Below, piece by piece: positions 37,604 to 47,442 of a stretch of DNA of 64,000 nucleotides. The stretch comes from a virus. Location of the stretch: positions 20,386 through 84,385 of the IMG/VR virus record IMGVR_UViG_3300006914_000013; one strand, written 5' to 3'. How positions within the stretch are numbered: the first letter of the stretch is position 1; each line of letters opens with the position of its first letter. The position numbers and the translations under genes were made by a program. The notes beneath the pieces are model-generated. The model was given only the letters and a program-made list of their open reading frames with translations, did no database searches and was not told the origin of the DNA.

Positions 37604-37794
37604 GAAAGTGGCGTCTGTCGGCAGGCTTTGCTCGGCGGGACAGGGTGATCTAGAGTTCTAGCGAGGGGCAAAGGTGCTGCCGGACGAATTCTCCCCATAA
37701 GCCGGCACTCACGCAGAACGGACGGGGTTGCGTCTACCGCGCTGAAAGATGCGCGATTAGCCAGAGCGGACAGACACGGCCTTTGCCCCTCCCC

Positions 37795-38415
37795 TCACCC
37801 CTTCGGGAAAAAGTCGCGGATGTCCGCGTGCATCGACCCGAGCGTCATCATGAACAGCGCCGCGTCGACGCCGTGCAGGTTGAGCGACGGCACTAGGCTG
37901 TTCTGCGGGGCGATCGCCGTGGAGCAGAAGAACGGGTCGTCGGCCATGTTGAAGTGCAACCGGCAGGCCAGCGGCCGAACCTCGTAGATCGAGCAGCGCC
38001 CACCCTTCAAGAAGGTGCAGGGCACGCCAAAGTATTTGTCCTGGATGGCCACGACATCCGCCGGAAACGCGCCGGTCTTCACCGGCTTGCGCCCGATCAC
38101 TTCGCCGATGCGCCGCGCTTCGACATCCGACATCAGCACGGCGATGTTGCAGCAATGACTACAGCCCTTGCGGCAGGCGGTGAACGGCAGGATTTCTTCG
38201 CTGGCCTCATCCACCAGCTTGACCAGCTTGTTGTAACGAATGCGCTGGCTCAGTGGCAGTCGCGCTATCTCCATCGCTTCATCGCCGAGGCGGCCCGCTG
38301 CGGCGGTCTTGGCGTTCAGGCGGGCGACGTTGACTTGGGCTTGGGCCTCGGCCTGCTCGCGCAGGGCGGGCAGTTGCTCAACCGGGATCAGGGTCGCAGG
38401 GTCGGGGCGTTTCAT
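37795..38415 (-). CDS. YkgJ-family cysteine-cluster (CxxCxxCC) protein
   Basis: CRKGCSHCC...CTFL...CSIYEVRPLACR. Confidence 0.88.
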   Translation of the reverse strand: MKRPDPATLIPVEQLPALREQAEAQAQVNVARLNAKTAAAGRLGDEAMEIARLPLSQRIRYNKLVKLVDEASEEILPFTACRKGCSHCCNIAVLMSDVEARRIGEVIGRKPVKTGAFPADVVAIQDKYFGVPCTFLKGGRCSIYEVRPLACRLHFNMADDPFFCSTAIAPQNSLVPSLNLHGVDAALFMMTLGSMHADIRDFFPKG

Positions 38416-38741
38416 GCCTTGTCCTCCACCCACCAGACGCTCTCGATTTCCAGCAGCGGGTCACCGTGGCGCGGGTGCCCTTCCTCCATCTTGCCGGTGG
38501 CTTTGCTGCGGTACGGCGGGTTATCGAAGCGGGTCAGCGTGACACCGGCCACCCCGTTGGCTTCCAGCAAGCCCTTGGCCTGGCGCAGGCGGCTGGCCTG
38601 TTCCTCCCGGGGCAGCCCGGTGGGCGCTTCCAGGTACACGGTGCAGAAGTGCCCGCCGTGGCGGCGGGTGTCGATGGTCAGGCCCAGGTGTTCGGCCTCG
38701 CGTCTTATTTCAGCGACGACTTCAGCGTCAGTCAGAGACAT
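38412..38741 (-). CDS. Hypothetical protein
   Basis: 109 aa, ATGA coupling. Confidence 0.6.
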   Translation of the reverse strand: MSLTDAEVVAEIRREAEHLGLTIDTRRHGGHFCTVYLEAPTGLPREEQASRLRQAKGLLEANGVAGVTLTRFDNPPYRSKATGKMEEGHPRHGDPLLEIESVWWVEDKA

Positions 38742-38828
38742 GGCAGTTTCTCTCAGGGGTAAGGGGCGGCGGGGTAAACCGGCAGTTTACCAGCCGCGTC
38801 CGGGGTGGGTGGAACAACTGTCGAGCGG

Positions 38829-39227
38829 TCAGGCCGTGGCCTGTAGCGCGGGCGGGCTGGTGTTCTGGAACGGCTTTTCCCAGGTGCCGAAGGTCAGGTC
38901 GATGTAATGCCCCACGTCGAAGTAGTCGGTCATGGGGTCGCTGTTGTCGTGGTTGTCGTGGTTCATCGCGTCGATGATCTTGCCAACCTGCTCGCGCAGG
39001 GCTTCGTCTTTGATGTGGTCCTTGTACCAACAGGTGTTGACGTTGTAGTAGGTCTCGTTGCGCAGGGGCTGGCCCATCAGGCCCAGTACGTCGACCGGCG
39101 CGGAATACACGGTGCAGATCAGCGTGCTGTGGTGCCGCACCCTCAGGCTGTACTTCCAGTCTTTGGGGATCACCTCTTTCAGCAGTTTGGCGATTTCGGC
39201 TTTGTGCGCCTGGCTCATGTAGGCCAT
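38829..39227 (-). CDS. Hypothetical protein (possible polyvalent-protein-associated domain)
   Basis: C-terminal NHDNSDPMTDYFDVGHY; AAGGAG RBS. Confidence 0.65.
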   Translation of the reverse strand: MAYMSQAHKAEIAKLLKEVIPKDWKYSLRVRHHSTLICTVYSAPVDVLGLMGQPLRNETYYNVNTCWYKDHIKDEALREQVGKIIDAMNHDNHDNSDPMTDYFDVGHYIDLTFGTWEKPFQNTSPPALQATA

Positions 39228-39311
39228 GACGTTCTCCTTTGTACGGGCGTGAGCGGGCCTGCCGGGATGGTTGGCTGGCCCGCGGGGGTGGGGTTTCAGG
39301 GGTGTGGGGCG

Positions 39312-39698
39312 TCAGGCTTTCTTGTAGTAGCGTTCCGCGTCCGTCTCTTTCAACTTGTAGCGCTTGCCCTCGGCGTTCTCGATGATCCACGGGTATTCCG
39401 AACTGCGGCTGTTGTACTTGACCAGGCGGCTGACGCCGATGCGCGGGATGTCAGGGCGCAGGGCCGGGTCGAGGCCGTACATCGTGGCGTACTGGATCGC
39501 CATGGTTTCTTCCATGCTCATCTTGCCCTTCACCTGGAATTCCACCTTGAGCGAGCAGGAACCCTCGGAAAAGCTGATGTTGCCCGGCTTGACCTCGATC
39601 ATCGGGTCAAGGTCTTTGAGCGCCACGTCCACCATGGCGCGCAGCAGTTTCAGGTTGGCCTTGTTGAAGCCGTCTTTGAATGCGGAAGTGTCTGACAT
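39312..39698 (-). CDS. Hypothetical protein
   Basis: 128 aa, AAGGAG RBS. Confidence 0.65.
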   Translation of the reverse strand: MSDTSAFKDGFNKANLKLLRAMVDVALKDLDPMIEVKPGNISFSEGSCSLKVEFQVKGKMSMEETMAIQYATMYGLDPALRPDIPRIGVSRLVKYNSRSSEYPWIIENAEGKRYKLKETDAERYYKKA

Positions 39699-39785
39699 GG
39701 TGTTTCTCCTTTCTACAGGCAGGGGTGGGCCTGCCGGGGTGTTGGCTGGCCCATAAGGTTGGGGGTTTACGGGGTGCGGCGGGGG

Positions 39786-40181
39786 TTACTCGGGGTTAGC
39801 CAGATCCACCTTTGTGGTCTCGCCGGTGAGGGAGTCAACCACGGTGAACACGCAGGCGGTGTCCGGTTCGCCTAAGCGGATGCGCGACTGGAAGTAAGCG
39901 TCCGCCGCGTCCTGCGCCGCCATCCTTGGGTTGTCGGCTTCCTGGTCCACTTCCCAGCGCACCACGTACTCTGGAACGGTGCGGCAGTCGTCCGCGTCGA
40001 GGTTGAAGAACCAGGCGTTGGCGCTGTGGCCACAGTCCTGACAGGTCATGGGGGATTCCGCGTCAAACTCATGGTCGCCGTCGATTTCGGTTTCGAAGTT
40101 GTCCGCAGATTGAATCAGGTTGGCGGTGGTCATGATGGCCACCTGCAAGCTGGTTGATTTGCATTTTGGGCATTGCCACAT
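39786..40181 (-). CDS. Zinc-ribbon hypothetical protein
   Basis: CPKC...CQDC. Confidence 0.65.
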   Translation of the reverse strand: MWQCPKCKSTSLQVAIMTTANLIQSADNFETEIDGDHEFDAESPMTCQDCGHSANAWFFNLDADDCRTVPEYVVRWEVDQEADNPRMAAQDAADAYFQSRIRLGEPDTACVFTVVDSLTGETTKVDLANPE

Positions 40182-40204
40182 GGTTGCGATCCTCTAGGGG
40201 TGGG

Positions 40205-40399
40205 TTAGTTACTGGCGCGCTCGGCGAACCAGGCTTGCGCCGCCGGTTCGCATTCTTCCAGGGTGTCGACGGCGCCGACGTAGTCCAGACATTCCTCGCT
40301 GGCGAACAGCTCATAGACCGGCACGGTGGGGTCGTACACGGCCCACACCTCCAGCCCGTTCTTGCGGCCGTCCGTGGCAATCAGGATTGGCTTGTTCAT
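40205..40399 (-). CDS. Small hypothetical protein
   Basis: MNKPILIATDG..., 64 aa, GGAGGA RBS. Confidence 0.6.
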   Translation of the reverse strand: MNKPILIATDGRKNGLEVWAVYDPTVPVYELFASEECLDYVGAVDTLEECEPAAQAWFAERASN

Positions 40400-40686
40400 G
40401 CCGAGTCCTCCGGCAGTTTGATCAGCAGGGTCACGCCGTGGCGGCTGCCGCCGAGCCCGGAACGGCACAGCTCGCATTCCTGCCAGCTGAACTCGTCGTT
40501 GCCGTAGCCTTCGGGGTCGTCCTCGGTCGGGGCGACCCCACAGTTGAAGTGGGCGTCTTTGCCGTCCACTTCCCGGGCGATCGCCTCGGTAAACTCGCTC
40601 TCCTGGCGATCCTCGGGCACATCGCCGTTGGCGATGTACAGCAGGCAGTCTTGGCAGACGCTGTATTCGATGGTGTCGAAGTTCAT
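40396..40686 (-). CDS. Small acidic Cys-containing protein
   Basis: CQDC...CELC; ATGA coupling. Confidence 0.6.
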   Translation of the reverse strand: MNFDTIEYSVCQDCLLYIANGDVPEDRQESEFTEAIAREVDGKDAHFNCGVAPTEDDPEGYGNDEFSWQECELCRSGLGGSRHGVTLLIKLPEDSA

Positions 40687-40964
40687 GGTTGACCCCTCCA
40701 GGCCAAGTATCTGGCTTTCTGTTCGTCGCTGAGCCAGTGGCCCCGGTCCAGCTTGTCGACCCACACATCCCCGTCCGCGTCCACGCTGGCGGTGATGCAG
40801 TTGAACCATTCGCAGATCCCGTCCTCGTCGTCCGGGGTGATGGTCACCTCAACCAGCGCGTCAAACTGCGCCTGCTGGTCGCCTTCCCAGTCAGACATTT
40901 CAGAGCGCCAGTTGTCCTCAGTGTCGACCGAGCCGGTGGCGGTGTTCATCAGGTAACGGGTCAT
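40683..40964 (-). CDS. Small acidic hypothetical protein
   Basis: 93 aa, GAGG RBS. Confidence 0.6.
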   Translation of the reverse strand: MTRYLMNTATGSVDTEDNWRSEMSDWEGDQQAQFDALVEVTITPDDEDGICEWFNCITASVDADGDVWVDKLDRGHWLSDEQKARYLAWRGQP

Positions 40965-40965
40965 G

Positions 40966-41523
40966 TCACACCTCGCTGAGTGGGCCGATCCAGTAGCCCT
41001 TGACGGTGACGCTGCCCTTCTCTTGCAGTTCCTTCGTCGCCGCGTCGGCCCTGGCGATGTGCGCCGGGGTCCCGCCGCCCTCGATCTGCAACAGCGTCAG
41101 GTTGAGGGCGTGCTTCTTGACGCAGCCGATCTTGCCGTTGGGTCTACGCATCCCGTAATACTCAACGCCTTTGTCCGCATCGGGGACCTCGTAGGCGTCG
41201 ACGCAGATTTGCGACGACTTGACCTTGATTTCGATGCACAGCAGGTTGGGGATTTCCAAGTAGCGCTGCAAATCGGAGAGGGGCATGTGCTCGCCGAAGT
41301 CATCGCCGCCGAACTTGGCGTGGCAGGTGTCATACCAGTCTTCATCCTTGCTCGGGTCGCAGCCCGGGAAGTAGATAATGCACTTCGGCGCCGGGTCCAT
41401 GCCCAGGGACATTCCGAGGTAGGCGCCCTGATCCTTGGCGATGAACCACTGGTCTTGCTTGTGCTCGATGCCGAAATCAACCAGCTGTTGAACCTGACGT
41501 TTGGACAATTCAATGGAGTGCAT
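40966..41523 (-). CDS. DUF3085-like protein
   Basis: AKDQGAYL...YFPGCDP...DW...GGDDFGE. Confidence 0.7.
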   Translation of the reverse strand: MHSIELSKRQVQQLVDFGIEHKQDQWFIAKDQGAYLGMSLGMDPAPKCIIYFPGCDPSKDEDWYDTCHAKFGGDDFGEHMPLSDLQRYLEIPNLLCIEIKVKSSQICVDAYEVPDADKGVEYYGMRRPNGKIGCVKKHALNLTLLQIEGGGTPAHIARADAATKELQEKGSVTVKGYWIGPLSEV

Positions 41524-41586
41524 GACGGTTACCTTCTTAGGGTTGGGGGGGTGTTACGGGGGTTATCGGCACCCTGATGGGTGGGG

Positions 41587-42120
41587 TTACAGGTTAGCGG
41601 CGCCCTTGACGATGCGAATGTTCGCTTCGCGGATGATCCGGCACAGCGCCTCTTCGTGGTCGCTGCCGTCGAATTCCTGGTCGATCTTTTCGAACACGGC
41701 GTTGGCCATGTCCATGATCTCGGTCATTTCGTTGGTGTCGCCTACCAGGGGGATGTCGAGCAGGTCCACCCACGCCACCGTCTGCCCGCCGATCCGCAAG
41801 CCGAGGATGCCCCGGATCGGCTTCTTGGTGGTGTCCGGGGTGTAGCAGCCGGACGGGTCAGTGATCCACAGTTCGCGGCCGTCGTCGGTGTCCACGCACA
41901 GGGCCTCACAGCCGCCGCCGGTGTCGATGACCACGAAACCGTAGTCTTTCACCGGGTCCGCTTCGAAGCGTCCGCACTCGCTGATGAAGGGGTTGCGGCA
42001 CTCGTCGCCTTCATGGATGAAGGCCAGCAGGTACGGGCTGTAGGCCACGCTTTCCGGCTGTTCGAACAGGTACATGCGGCCGTAGTTGGGAGTGATCAGT
42101 TTCGGGATGGAGTTTTTCAT
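41587..42120 (-). CDS. Hypothetical protein
   Basis: 177 aa containing DTGGGCEAL. Confidence 0.6.
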   Translation of the reverse strand: MKNSIPKLITPNYGRMYLFEQPESVAYSPYLLAFIHEGDECRNPFISECGRFEADPVKDYGFVVIDTGGGCEALCVDTDDGRELWITDPSGCYTPDTTKKPIRGILGLRIGGQTVAWVDLLDIPLVGDTNEMTEIMDMANAVFEKIDQEFDGSDHEEALCRIIREANIRIVKGAANL

Positions 42121-42124
42121 GGGG

Positions 42125-42658
42125 TTATTCCTGTTCAGCGATGCGTTTGAGTTCGTCCAGGGTTACTTGCTCCAGCCACTCCGGGCCGAAGTGATTGCGC
42201 AGGTATTGCAGGTGGCCACCGTCCGCGCCGTCTTTCGGGTAGCTGGCGCGGTACCAGCAGCGGTGCAGTTCCGCCTTCCACTTGCCGCCCTCACGGTTGG
42301 CGAAGACCAGCACGGCGGCGGCCTGTTCTTTGGTCGGCCGCCGCCCGAAGGCGACCACGGGCGGCGGGGCTTTCGGCGCGTAGTCGGGGAACGACTGGCG
42401 GGCGAACTTCTGCACGTCCGGCGGCAGGTCGTCCCACTTCACCCGTTTGCCCAGGTGCGGGCCTGGTGTGGCCGCGCCGTGCTGGCCGAAGCCTTGCGGA
42501 TGGAACGGGTGCTCACTGGCGCCGATGCTGTTGAAGGTGCCGTCGCGCTCGCGTTCTTCCTTGGCCCAGCGCGGCGGGACCACGGTGTAGCGATCCCAGG
42601 TCCCGCCGCCGTTGTCGTAGCAGCGCAGGACGGTGCCGTAGCGTTCGAAGATGGTCAT
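42125..42658 (-). CDS. Hypothetical protein
   Basis: YDNGGGTWDRYTVV...HLGKRVKWDDLPPDVQ; GAGGA RBS. Confidence 0.65.
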   Translation of the reverse strand: MTIFERYGTVLRCYDNGGGTWDRYTVVPPRWAKEERERDGTFNSIGASEHPFHPQGFGQHGAATPGPHLGKRVKWDDLPPDVQKFARQSFPDYAPKAPPPVVAFGRRPTKEQAAAVLVFANREGGKWKAELHRCWYRASYPKDGADGGHLQYLRNHFGPEWLEQVTLDELKRIAEQE

Positions 42659-42660
42659 GG

Positions 42661-42885
42661 TCAGTCCTCTTCGGGGTGGGTTACAGACAGCTCCCACCAG
42701 CCGCGCCACATCACGCCGCCGAGGTCTTCCAGCAGTTCGCCTTCGTTGAAGCCCTCGCTGGCCAGCTGGATTGCCCGGGTAAACCCGGCTTCTTCCAGAC
42801 ATTCCCAGTGGCTCTTGGGTGGGTCGCTGGCGTCTTCCGGGTGCTGCCAGCGCAGGGTGATGGTGTATTTGCTTTCGTAGGCCAT
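42661..42885 (-). CDS. Small hypothetical protein
   Basis: 74 aa, GGAG RBS. Confidence 0.6.
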   Translation of the reverse strand: MAYESKYTITLRWQHPEDASDPPKSHWECLEEAGFTRAIQLASEGFNEGELLEDLGGVMWRGWWELSVTHPEED

Positions 42886-42887
42886 GG

Positions 42888-43163
42888 TCAGTTCTCCAGG
42901 GCGAAGCGTGGCAGGAAGTGGCCGGTCAACCGGCCGGTGGTGCGGTCGATGTGATCGCGGATGCCGCAGGCGTCATGCAGGAAGTTGAAATTGTTGGAGG
43001 AATAGAGCGCCACCAGATCCAGCGGGCAGCCGTTGGCGTGGCAGGCGGTGAAGTCCATGGAGGCTTCCTGCCAATCGGCCTTGGGGTAGAACGCGCAATA
43101 GCGCCGGGTGATGTCATGCAGCAGCTTGGCGTCCCCCTCGGTGACCTCGAAATTGACGGTCAT
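42888..43163 (-). CDS. DUF6874-like protein
   Basis: MDFTACHANGCPLDL...FNFLHDACGI..HIDRTTG.L...FLPRF. Confidence 0.65.
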   Translation of the reverse strand: MTVNFEVTEGDAKLLHDITRRYCAFYPKADWQEASMDFTACHANGCPLDLVALYSSNNFNFLHDACGIRDHIDRTTGRLTGHFLPRFALEN

Positions 43164-43777
43164 GGCTTGTTCGCTCCCACAGGGGCCGAGGCAGGGGCCA
43201 GCCCGGCTTCGGCTTCCTTGGCCAAGGCGCGCAGCACGTCGACCGGCTTGGTGTAGATCGAGGTCGGCGAGCCGCTGGCGATCAGGTCGGCCTTGCTGCG
43301 GGCGCCTTCGGCGATGTCGCGCAGGCGTTTCTCCAGATCCGCGATCCGGGCCGGAGTGGCCAGCCGATCAAGGCGAAACGATGCCTCGGGAAAGCGTTGT
43401 TTCTCGGCAGCCAGCACGCTGCGCGCCTCGGCTTCGGTGTACAGCGGGACCAGCACCGGGTCGGTGGTCAGGGGCAGCGGCCCCTCGTCGTCTTCGTCGC
43501 TGCGCTGTTGCAACCAAGTGGGGCGCGGCAAGCCGTACAGCGCAATGGCGTACTCCCGGGGTAGGGTGTTATGGGTCGGCCCGGTGTCCTCGTCGTCGAC
43601 CAACTCGTCCACGAAGGCGCCGGTGGTAACGCTCAGGCCGTGATTGAGTGCTTCGTAGACCGCGCCGCCGTTGGGCGCCGGATGGCTGCCCAGCAGTTGC
43701 AGCGCTTGTTTGGCCGCCTCGCGCAGCTCGGCCAGGTTGTCCGCGTCGAGGCGCACGTAGTTGATGGTGTCAGTCAT
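43160..43777 (-). CDS. Hypothetical protein
   Basis: TAGGAG RBS before MTDTINY. Confidence 0.6.
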   Translation of the reverse strand: MTDTINYVRLDADNLAELREAAKQALQLLGSHPAPNGGAVYEALNHGLSVTTGAFVDELVDDEDTGPTHNTLPREYAIALYGLPRPTWLQQRSDEDDEGPLPLTTDPVLVPLYTEAEARSVLAAEKQRFPEASFRLDRLATPARIADLEKRLRDIAEGARSKADLIASGSPTSIYTKPVDVLRALAKEAEAGLAPASAPVGANKP

Positions 43778-43808
43778 GGTTTGTTCGCTCCTACAGTTAG
43801 GGTTTGGC

Positions 43809-44186
43809 TCATCGTGGTATCTCCTTGTACAGGGTGTCATGGGTATGGCCCACCGGCCGGTAGCCCCGGCGCAGCAGGAAGGGCATCAGGTGTGGGTTGA
43901 TCACGTTCTCGGCCACCACCGCCTGCAGGCCGAGGGCGTCGGCGCGGCCTTCCAGTCTGCTCAGCAAGGTGCTGAACAGGCCCTGGCGCTGCGCCGACTC
44001 GGCGATCTGGCAATCCACCAACACCAGCGCGATCAGCATCTGGCCTTGGCACAGGCGCGGGTTGATCCGCACGTAGAGGTCAATCGCTTCGCTGCGCAGC
44101 CGGGCACGCACCAGGGCGTGCGGGCTGTCGCGTTCTTCGGCGAGGATGGTCAGCTGGTCGAGGATGGAGTCGATCATGCGCGACAT
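43809..44186 (-). CDS. GNAT-like acetyltransferase
   Basis: QRQGLF acetyl-CoA loop...ENVINP...FLLRRGY. Confidence 0.65.
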   Translation of the reverse strand: MSRMIDSILDQLTILAEERDSPHALVRARLRSEAIDLYVRINPRLCQGQMLIALVLVDCQIAESAQRQGLFSTLLSRLEGRADALGLQAVVAENVINPHLMPFLLRRGYRPVGHTHDTLYKEIPR

Positions 44187-45535
44187 TCTTCCTCCGTCGA
44201 ATGCTCCAGCCAGTGGTCCAGCACGTCACGCACCAGCTGGACGTGCGGGGCCGGTACGTTGCGCTTGGCGCGGACATCGTCGGCCATCCGCTCCAGCAGC
44301 AGGCCGAGGGCTAGGCTGTAGCCTGCCACCGCGTCCAGATCCCGCACGGCGCACTGCTCGGCCAGCCATTCGATGCCGGCCGCCAAGTTCTCGCCGCCCA
44401 CGGCCTTGAACGGGTAGCCCGCGCTGTATTGGAATTCGCGGGCCTCGCCGCACAGCAGCACCTGGGCGATGTTGGCCAGCCCGGCCTGAGACGCCCGGAC
44501 TTCTTCATAACTCAGGTGGTCTTCGCCCTGATAACTCAGTTCGTCCTCCCAGTACGGCGTCACGCACACCGAACTGCTGGCGTCGTGGTGCAGCAGGCCG
44601 CAGCGCAACTCGGCGTTGCCGTCCTGATAGCACAGCAGGCGGCCGTTGCTGATCATGAACTGGCTGTCGACCCGCATCGTCTCGGCCAGCTTCTTGCCGT
44701 CGAACCGGCACTCGGCCCACGCATCCCGGCCGCGCCAGTCGGCGTGTCCGATGTCCAGACGCAGGCCGTCCGGTTCCGGCAGCCCGTGCTTCACCAGATG
44801 CGCTTTCAGCTCGCCCAGCAGGTATTCCAGGTGGTCGTGGTACTGCTCCCAGTCCTCGGCGCCGTCCTCCCCCACGTACTTCCAGCCCTCGTCCGGCAGG
44901 GTCTCGGCCGGGGCGACCGTGGCCCGGTTGACCGCGCCGCATTCGTTGCAGCGGCCGTAGGGGCCGCTCAGGTGCAGCCAGCCTTTGTCCTCCAGATCCG
45001 CTTCATTGGCTTCGATAAAGGCCTCGGCGCTGTCGCCACCCAGTTGCTCGCGGATCGAGAATTCATGGTGGCAGGCGCCGCACTCCACCACGGTCCAATA
45101 CTCCAGCTCCCCTTCCCCGTCGTTCTCGCCGTAGCTGAAACCGCCCTGCTTCACCGACTTGACGGTGTCGGCTTCAAAGTAGAACTCGGTGTTCAGCGCT
45201 TCCTTGTCGACCATGTCCGACAGGTCGCTGGCACCGGCCCGGAACGCCTGCACCAGCCGCTGGCCGAGGTCACGCGGCAGCGGCTGGTGTCGCTGCGCCC
45301 AGCTCAGCGAGTGCCAGAAGTGGCGCCCGGCCTGCTGGATCGCCTTGGGTTTGTTCTTCGCCCAGTTGCGCAGGACCAGATAGGCCAAGCCGGGGTGCTG
45401 CTCGATCAGGCGCATGTCGCGCAGGTTGCCCAGCGGGCAGTGGTAGAAGTTCAGCACTTGCGGCACGGCCCACCAGGTGCAATCGGGGTGGCCGAAAAAG
45501 CGCGCAGCGCTCAGTTGAGGGTGTTTGCGGGTCAT
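44174..45535 (-). CDS. Large acidic hypothetical protein with CxxC pairs
   Basis: 453 aa; CGAC and CNEC; GAGGAA RBS. Confidence 0.65.
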   Translation of the reverse strand: MTRKHPQLSAARFFGHPDCTWWAVPQVLNFYHCPLGNLRDMRLIEQHPGLAYLVLRNWAKNKPKAIQQAGRHFWHSLSWAQRHQPLPRDLGQRLVQAFRAGASDLSDMVDKEALNTEFYFEADTVKSVKQGGFSYGENDGEGELEYWTVVECGACHHEFSIREQLGGDSAEAFIEANEADLEDKGWLHLSGPYGRCNECGAVNRATVAPAETLPDEGWKYVGEDGAEDWEQYHDHLEYLLGELKAHLVKHGLPEPDGLRLDIGHADWRGRDAWAECRFDGKKLAETMRVDSQFMISNGRLLCYQDGNAELRCGLLHHDASSSVCVTPYWEDELSYQGEDHLSYEEVRASQAGLANIAQVLLCGEAREFQYSAGYPFKAVGGENLAAGIEWLAEQCAVRDLDAVAGYSLALGLLLERMADDVRAKRNVPAPHVQLVRDVLDHWLEHSTEEECRA

Positions 45536-45539
45536 GGCG

Positions 45540-46088
45540 TTATTCCTCTTCGTCGTCGTCACGGTTGTCGTCAATGAACAGGCCGCCCTGCCTGCGCATG
45601 TGCTGCTCCATTTCTTCCCGGTCGACCCCTTGCAGCTCGTAGGGGCTGACCGCCACGACGGCGTAGCCGTTATCGCGGGCTTCGGCGAGGATGGTGTCGA
45701 GGCGGGCCTGTAGGCTGAACGCTTGCGGCACCGGGGCGTAGACCAGCCCTTCCCCGTTCGGCCCCATCAGGATCACCGCATCCGCCGGTGCCGGTTTGCC
45801 GTCGCCGGGCTTGGCGCCGGTGGGGTTGAAGCCGGCGGGCGGCCCGTCCAGTTCATAGGTGAACTTCGGCGAGCCGTAGCGCTTGACGGCGTCCAGCACC
45901 TGGTTGGGGTGGTGGCACTGATCGAGGGCGAATTTCAGCGCCTTGATCTGTTTCTCGCTGATGCCGGAACACAGGTGGACCCAGCTGAAGGTGCAGTGCC
46001 AGCCGTGCAGGTGGTGCAGGTACTGCGCGTCACCGTAGGGGTCAGTGATCTTGACCACGGCGGCGTGCGCGGGGTTGAGGACGGCCAT
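45540..46088 (-). CDS. Hypothetical protein
   Basis: 182 aa, AAGGA RBS. Confidence 0.6.
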   Translation of the reverse strand: MAVLNPAHAAVVKITDPYGDAQYLHHLHGWHCTFSWVHLCSGISEKQIKALKFALDQCHHPNQVLDAVKRYGSPKFTYELDGPPAGFNPTGAKPGDGKPAPADAVILMGPNGEGLVYAPVPQAFSLQARLDTILAEARDNGYAVVAVSPYELQGVDREEMEQHMRRQGGLFIDDNRDDDEEE

Positions 46089-46089
46089 G

Positions 46090-46473
46090 TCAAAACGTCC
46101 TTGTTTGGGCGGCCATGCGCAGGCCGCGCTCGTTCTTCACCAGCCAGCGCTGCACCACCCGGCCGACTTCGTCTTCCAGGTCCGCCACCGTGTGATCATC
46201 CTCGGCGGCCAGCACGGTCAGCCAGTAGGCCAGCGAATCCGTTTCGGTGTCCGCCAGAATGTCGATCCAGACGCAGCCGTCCCAGTTGTCGCCTTCATCG
46301 CAGTAGCCGGGCAGCAGGCGGGTCGCCAGTTCGGCGACGTGGTCGATCTGGCCCCAGGCGTCGGGCAACATCAGGTTGTCGCCCTCGTCGTCGGGTGTGC
46401 CAGCACACTCGAACATGCTGGCGGACAGCCGGACCTTGTCGCAGGGGTCGTAGTGCCATGGTTGAATGATCAT
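46090..46473 (-). CDS. Acidic hypothetical protein
   Basis: MIIQPWHY start with GAAGGA RBS. Confidence 0.6.
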   Translation of the reverse strand: MIIQPWHYDPCDKVRLSASMFECAGTPDDEGDNLMLPDAWGQIDHVAELATRLLPGYCDEGDNWDGCVWIDILADTETDSLAYWLTVLAAEDDHTVADLEDEVGRVVQRWLVKNERGLRMAAQTRTF

Positions 46474-46502
46474 GGTTCGGTTCCTTCTTAGGGAGGTGAG
46501 GG

Positions 46503-46676
46503 TTAGTTGGTGCGTTTGCCGTCCTGCACAGTCCAGCCGCGCTCTTGGGCAGCCTTCTGCGCCGAGGCGTAATCGCGGTGCTTGTGCGCCTTCCACTCGT
46601 CCGCGAGGACGTTTTCCAGCTGCTTGTTGGTCAGGCCTCGGCAGAACTGCACGAAGTTTTCGTCGATAGGGTTCAT
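46503..46676 (-). CDS. Small hypothetical protein (57 aa, below the ORF-track cutoff)
   Basis: MNPIDENFVQFCRGLTNKQLENVL...; ATGA coupling; fills the gap. Confidence 0.6.
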   Translation of the reverse strand: MNPIDENFVQFCRGLTNKQLENVLADEWKAHKHRDYASAQKAAQERGWTVQDGKRTN

Positions 46677-46978
46677 TGCGGGGGTTCCTGTTCAGGGTTG
46701 TCCACGGCCAGCAGGTACGGGGTGTAGTCGTCGACCCGTTCGAACTCGTAGTCCTCGGGGTTCTCGAAAATTGCCTCGTTGTTCTGTTCCAGCGACTCTT
46801 GCAAGTCGCGCCACAGCTCTGGATTCAGTGGCTGGAACCGGCCGTCCACCGCGCCGGGTGGAATCAGTCGGGCCTGACACAGCTCGGCGTCTTCCAGATC
46901 GAGGACGATGAAACAGACGCACTTGAAGCCAGCGAACGAGTGTTCCAGCTGGCCTACGGCATAGCGGGGGGTGGGCAT
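46673..46978 (-). CDS. Hypothetical protein
   Basis: 101 aa, GAAGGA RBS. Confidence 0.6.
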   Translation of the reverse strand: MPTPRYAVGQLEHSFAGFKCVCFIVLDLEDAELCQARLIPPGAVDGRFQPLNPELWRDLQESLEQNNEAIFENPEDYEFERVDDYTPYLLAVDNPEQEPPQ

Positions 46979-47004
46979 GCTTGCGGTTCCTTCTCAGGTG
47001 GGTT

Positions 47005-47030
47005 TGTGAACTGTGAATTGTGAGTTCACA
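47005..47030. repeat. TGTGAAY heptad triplet
   Basis: tgtgaac-tgtgaat-tgtgagt-tcaca. Confidence 0.85.
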
Positions 47031-47040
47031 GCGCGGTGGC

Positions 47041-47442
47041 TTACTGGGAGGTGAGCGCGTGGTGGACCCACGCCCAGTACCCGAGCAGCGTGTCTTCGAT
47101 GTGGACCATTTCCCGCCAGTCCTCCCGCGGGTAGTCCGGGTGCTCGCCGCCTCCGGCCGGGCTGTACTTCTGTTCCAGCTCGTCGGCGCTCAGGTCTATG
47201 TCGGCGCCCACCGGGTTGACCTCGATCACCGTGACATCCACGTCGTGGCTTTCGAGGGTGCCGTAGGTGTCGCCGGTGATCAGGCCGTTGCCGATGATCA
47301 CTTCGTTGACGGCGTAGTACAGGTGCTGGTTCAGCTCGTTTTCGGTCATCGGCTGGACGTTCGGGGCGTGTTCGAACCCCCCGAGCGGGTTGACCACCCC
47401 GGTCAGGGACAGGGTGAAGTGCAGGCGGGTGTGCTTGTTCAT
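47041..47442 (-). CDS. Hypothetical protein flanked by direct repeats
   Basis: 133 aa with GEHPDYPREDW...DTLLGYWAWV. Confidence 0.65.
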   Translation of the reverse strand: MNKHTRLHFTLSLTGVVNPLGGFEHAPNVQPMTENELNQHLYYAVNEVIIGNGLITGDTYGTLESHDVDVTVIEVNPVGADIDLSADELEQKYSPAGGGEHPDYPREDWREMVHIEDTLLGYWAWVHHALTSQ

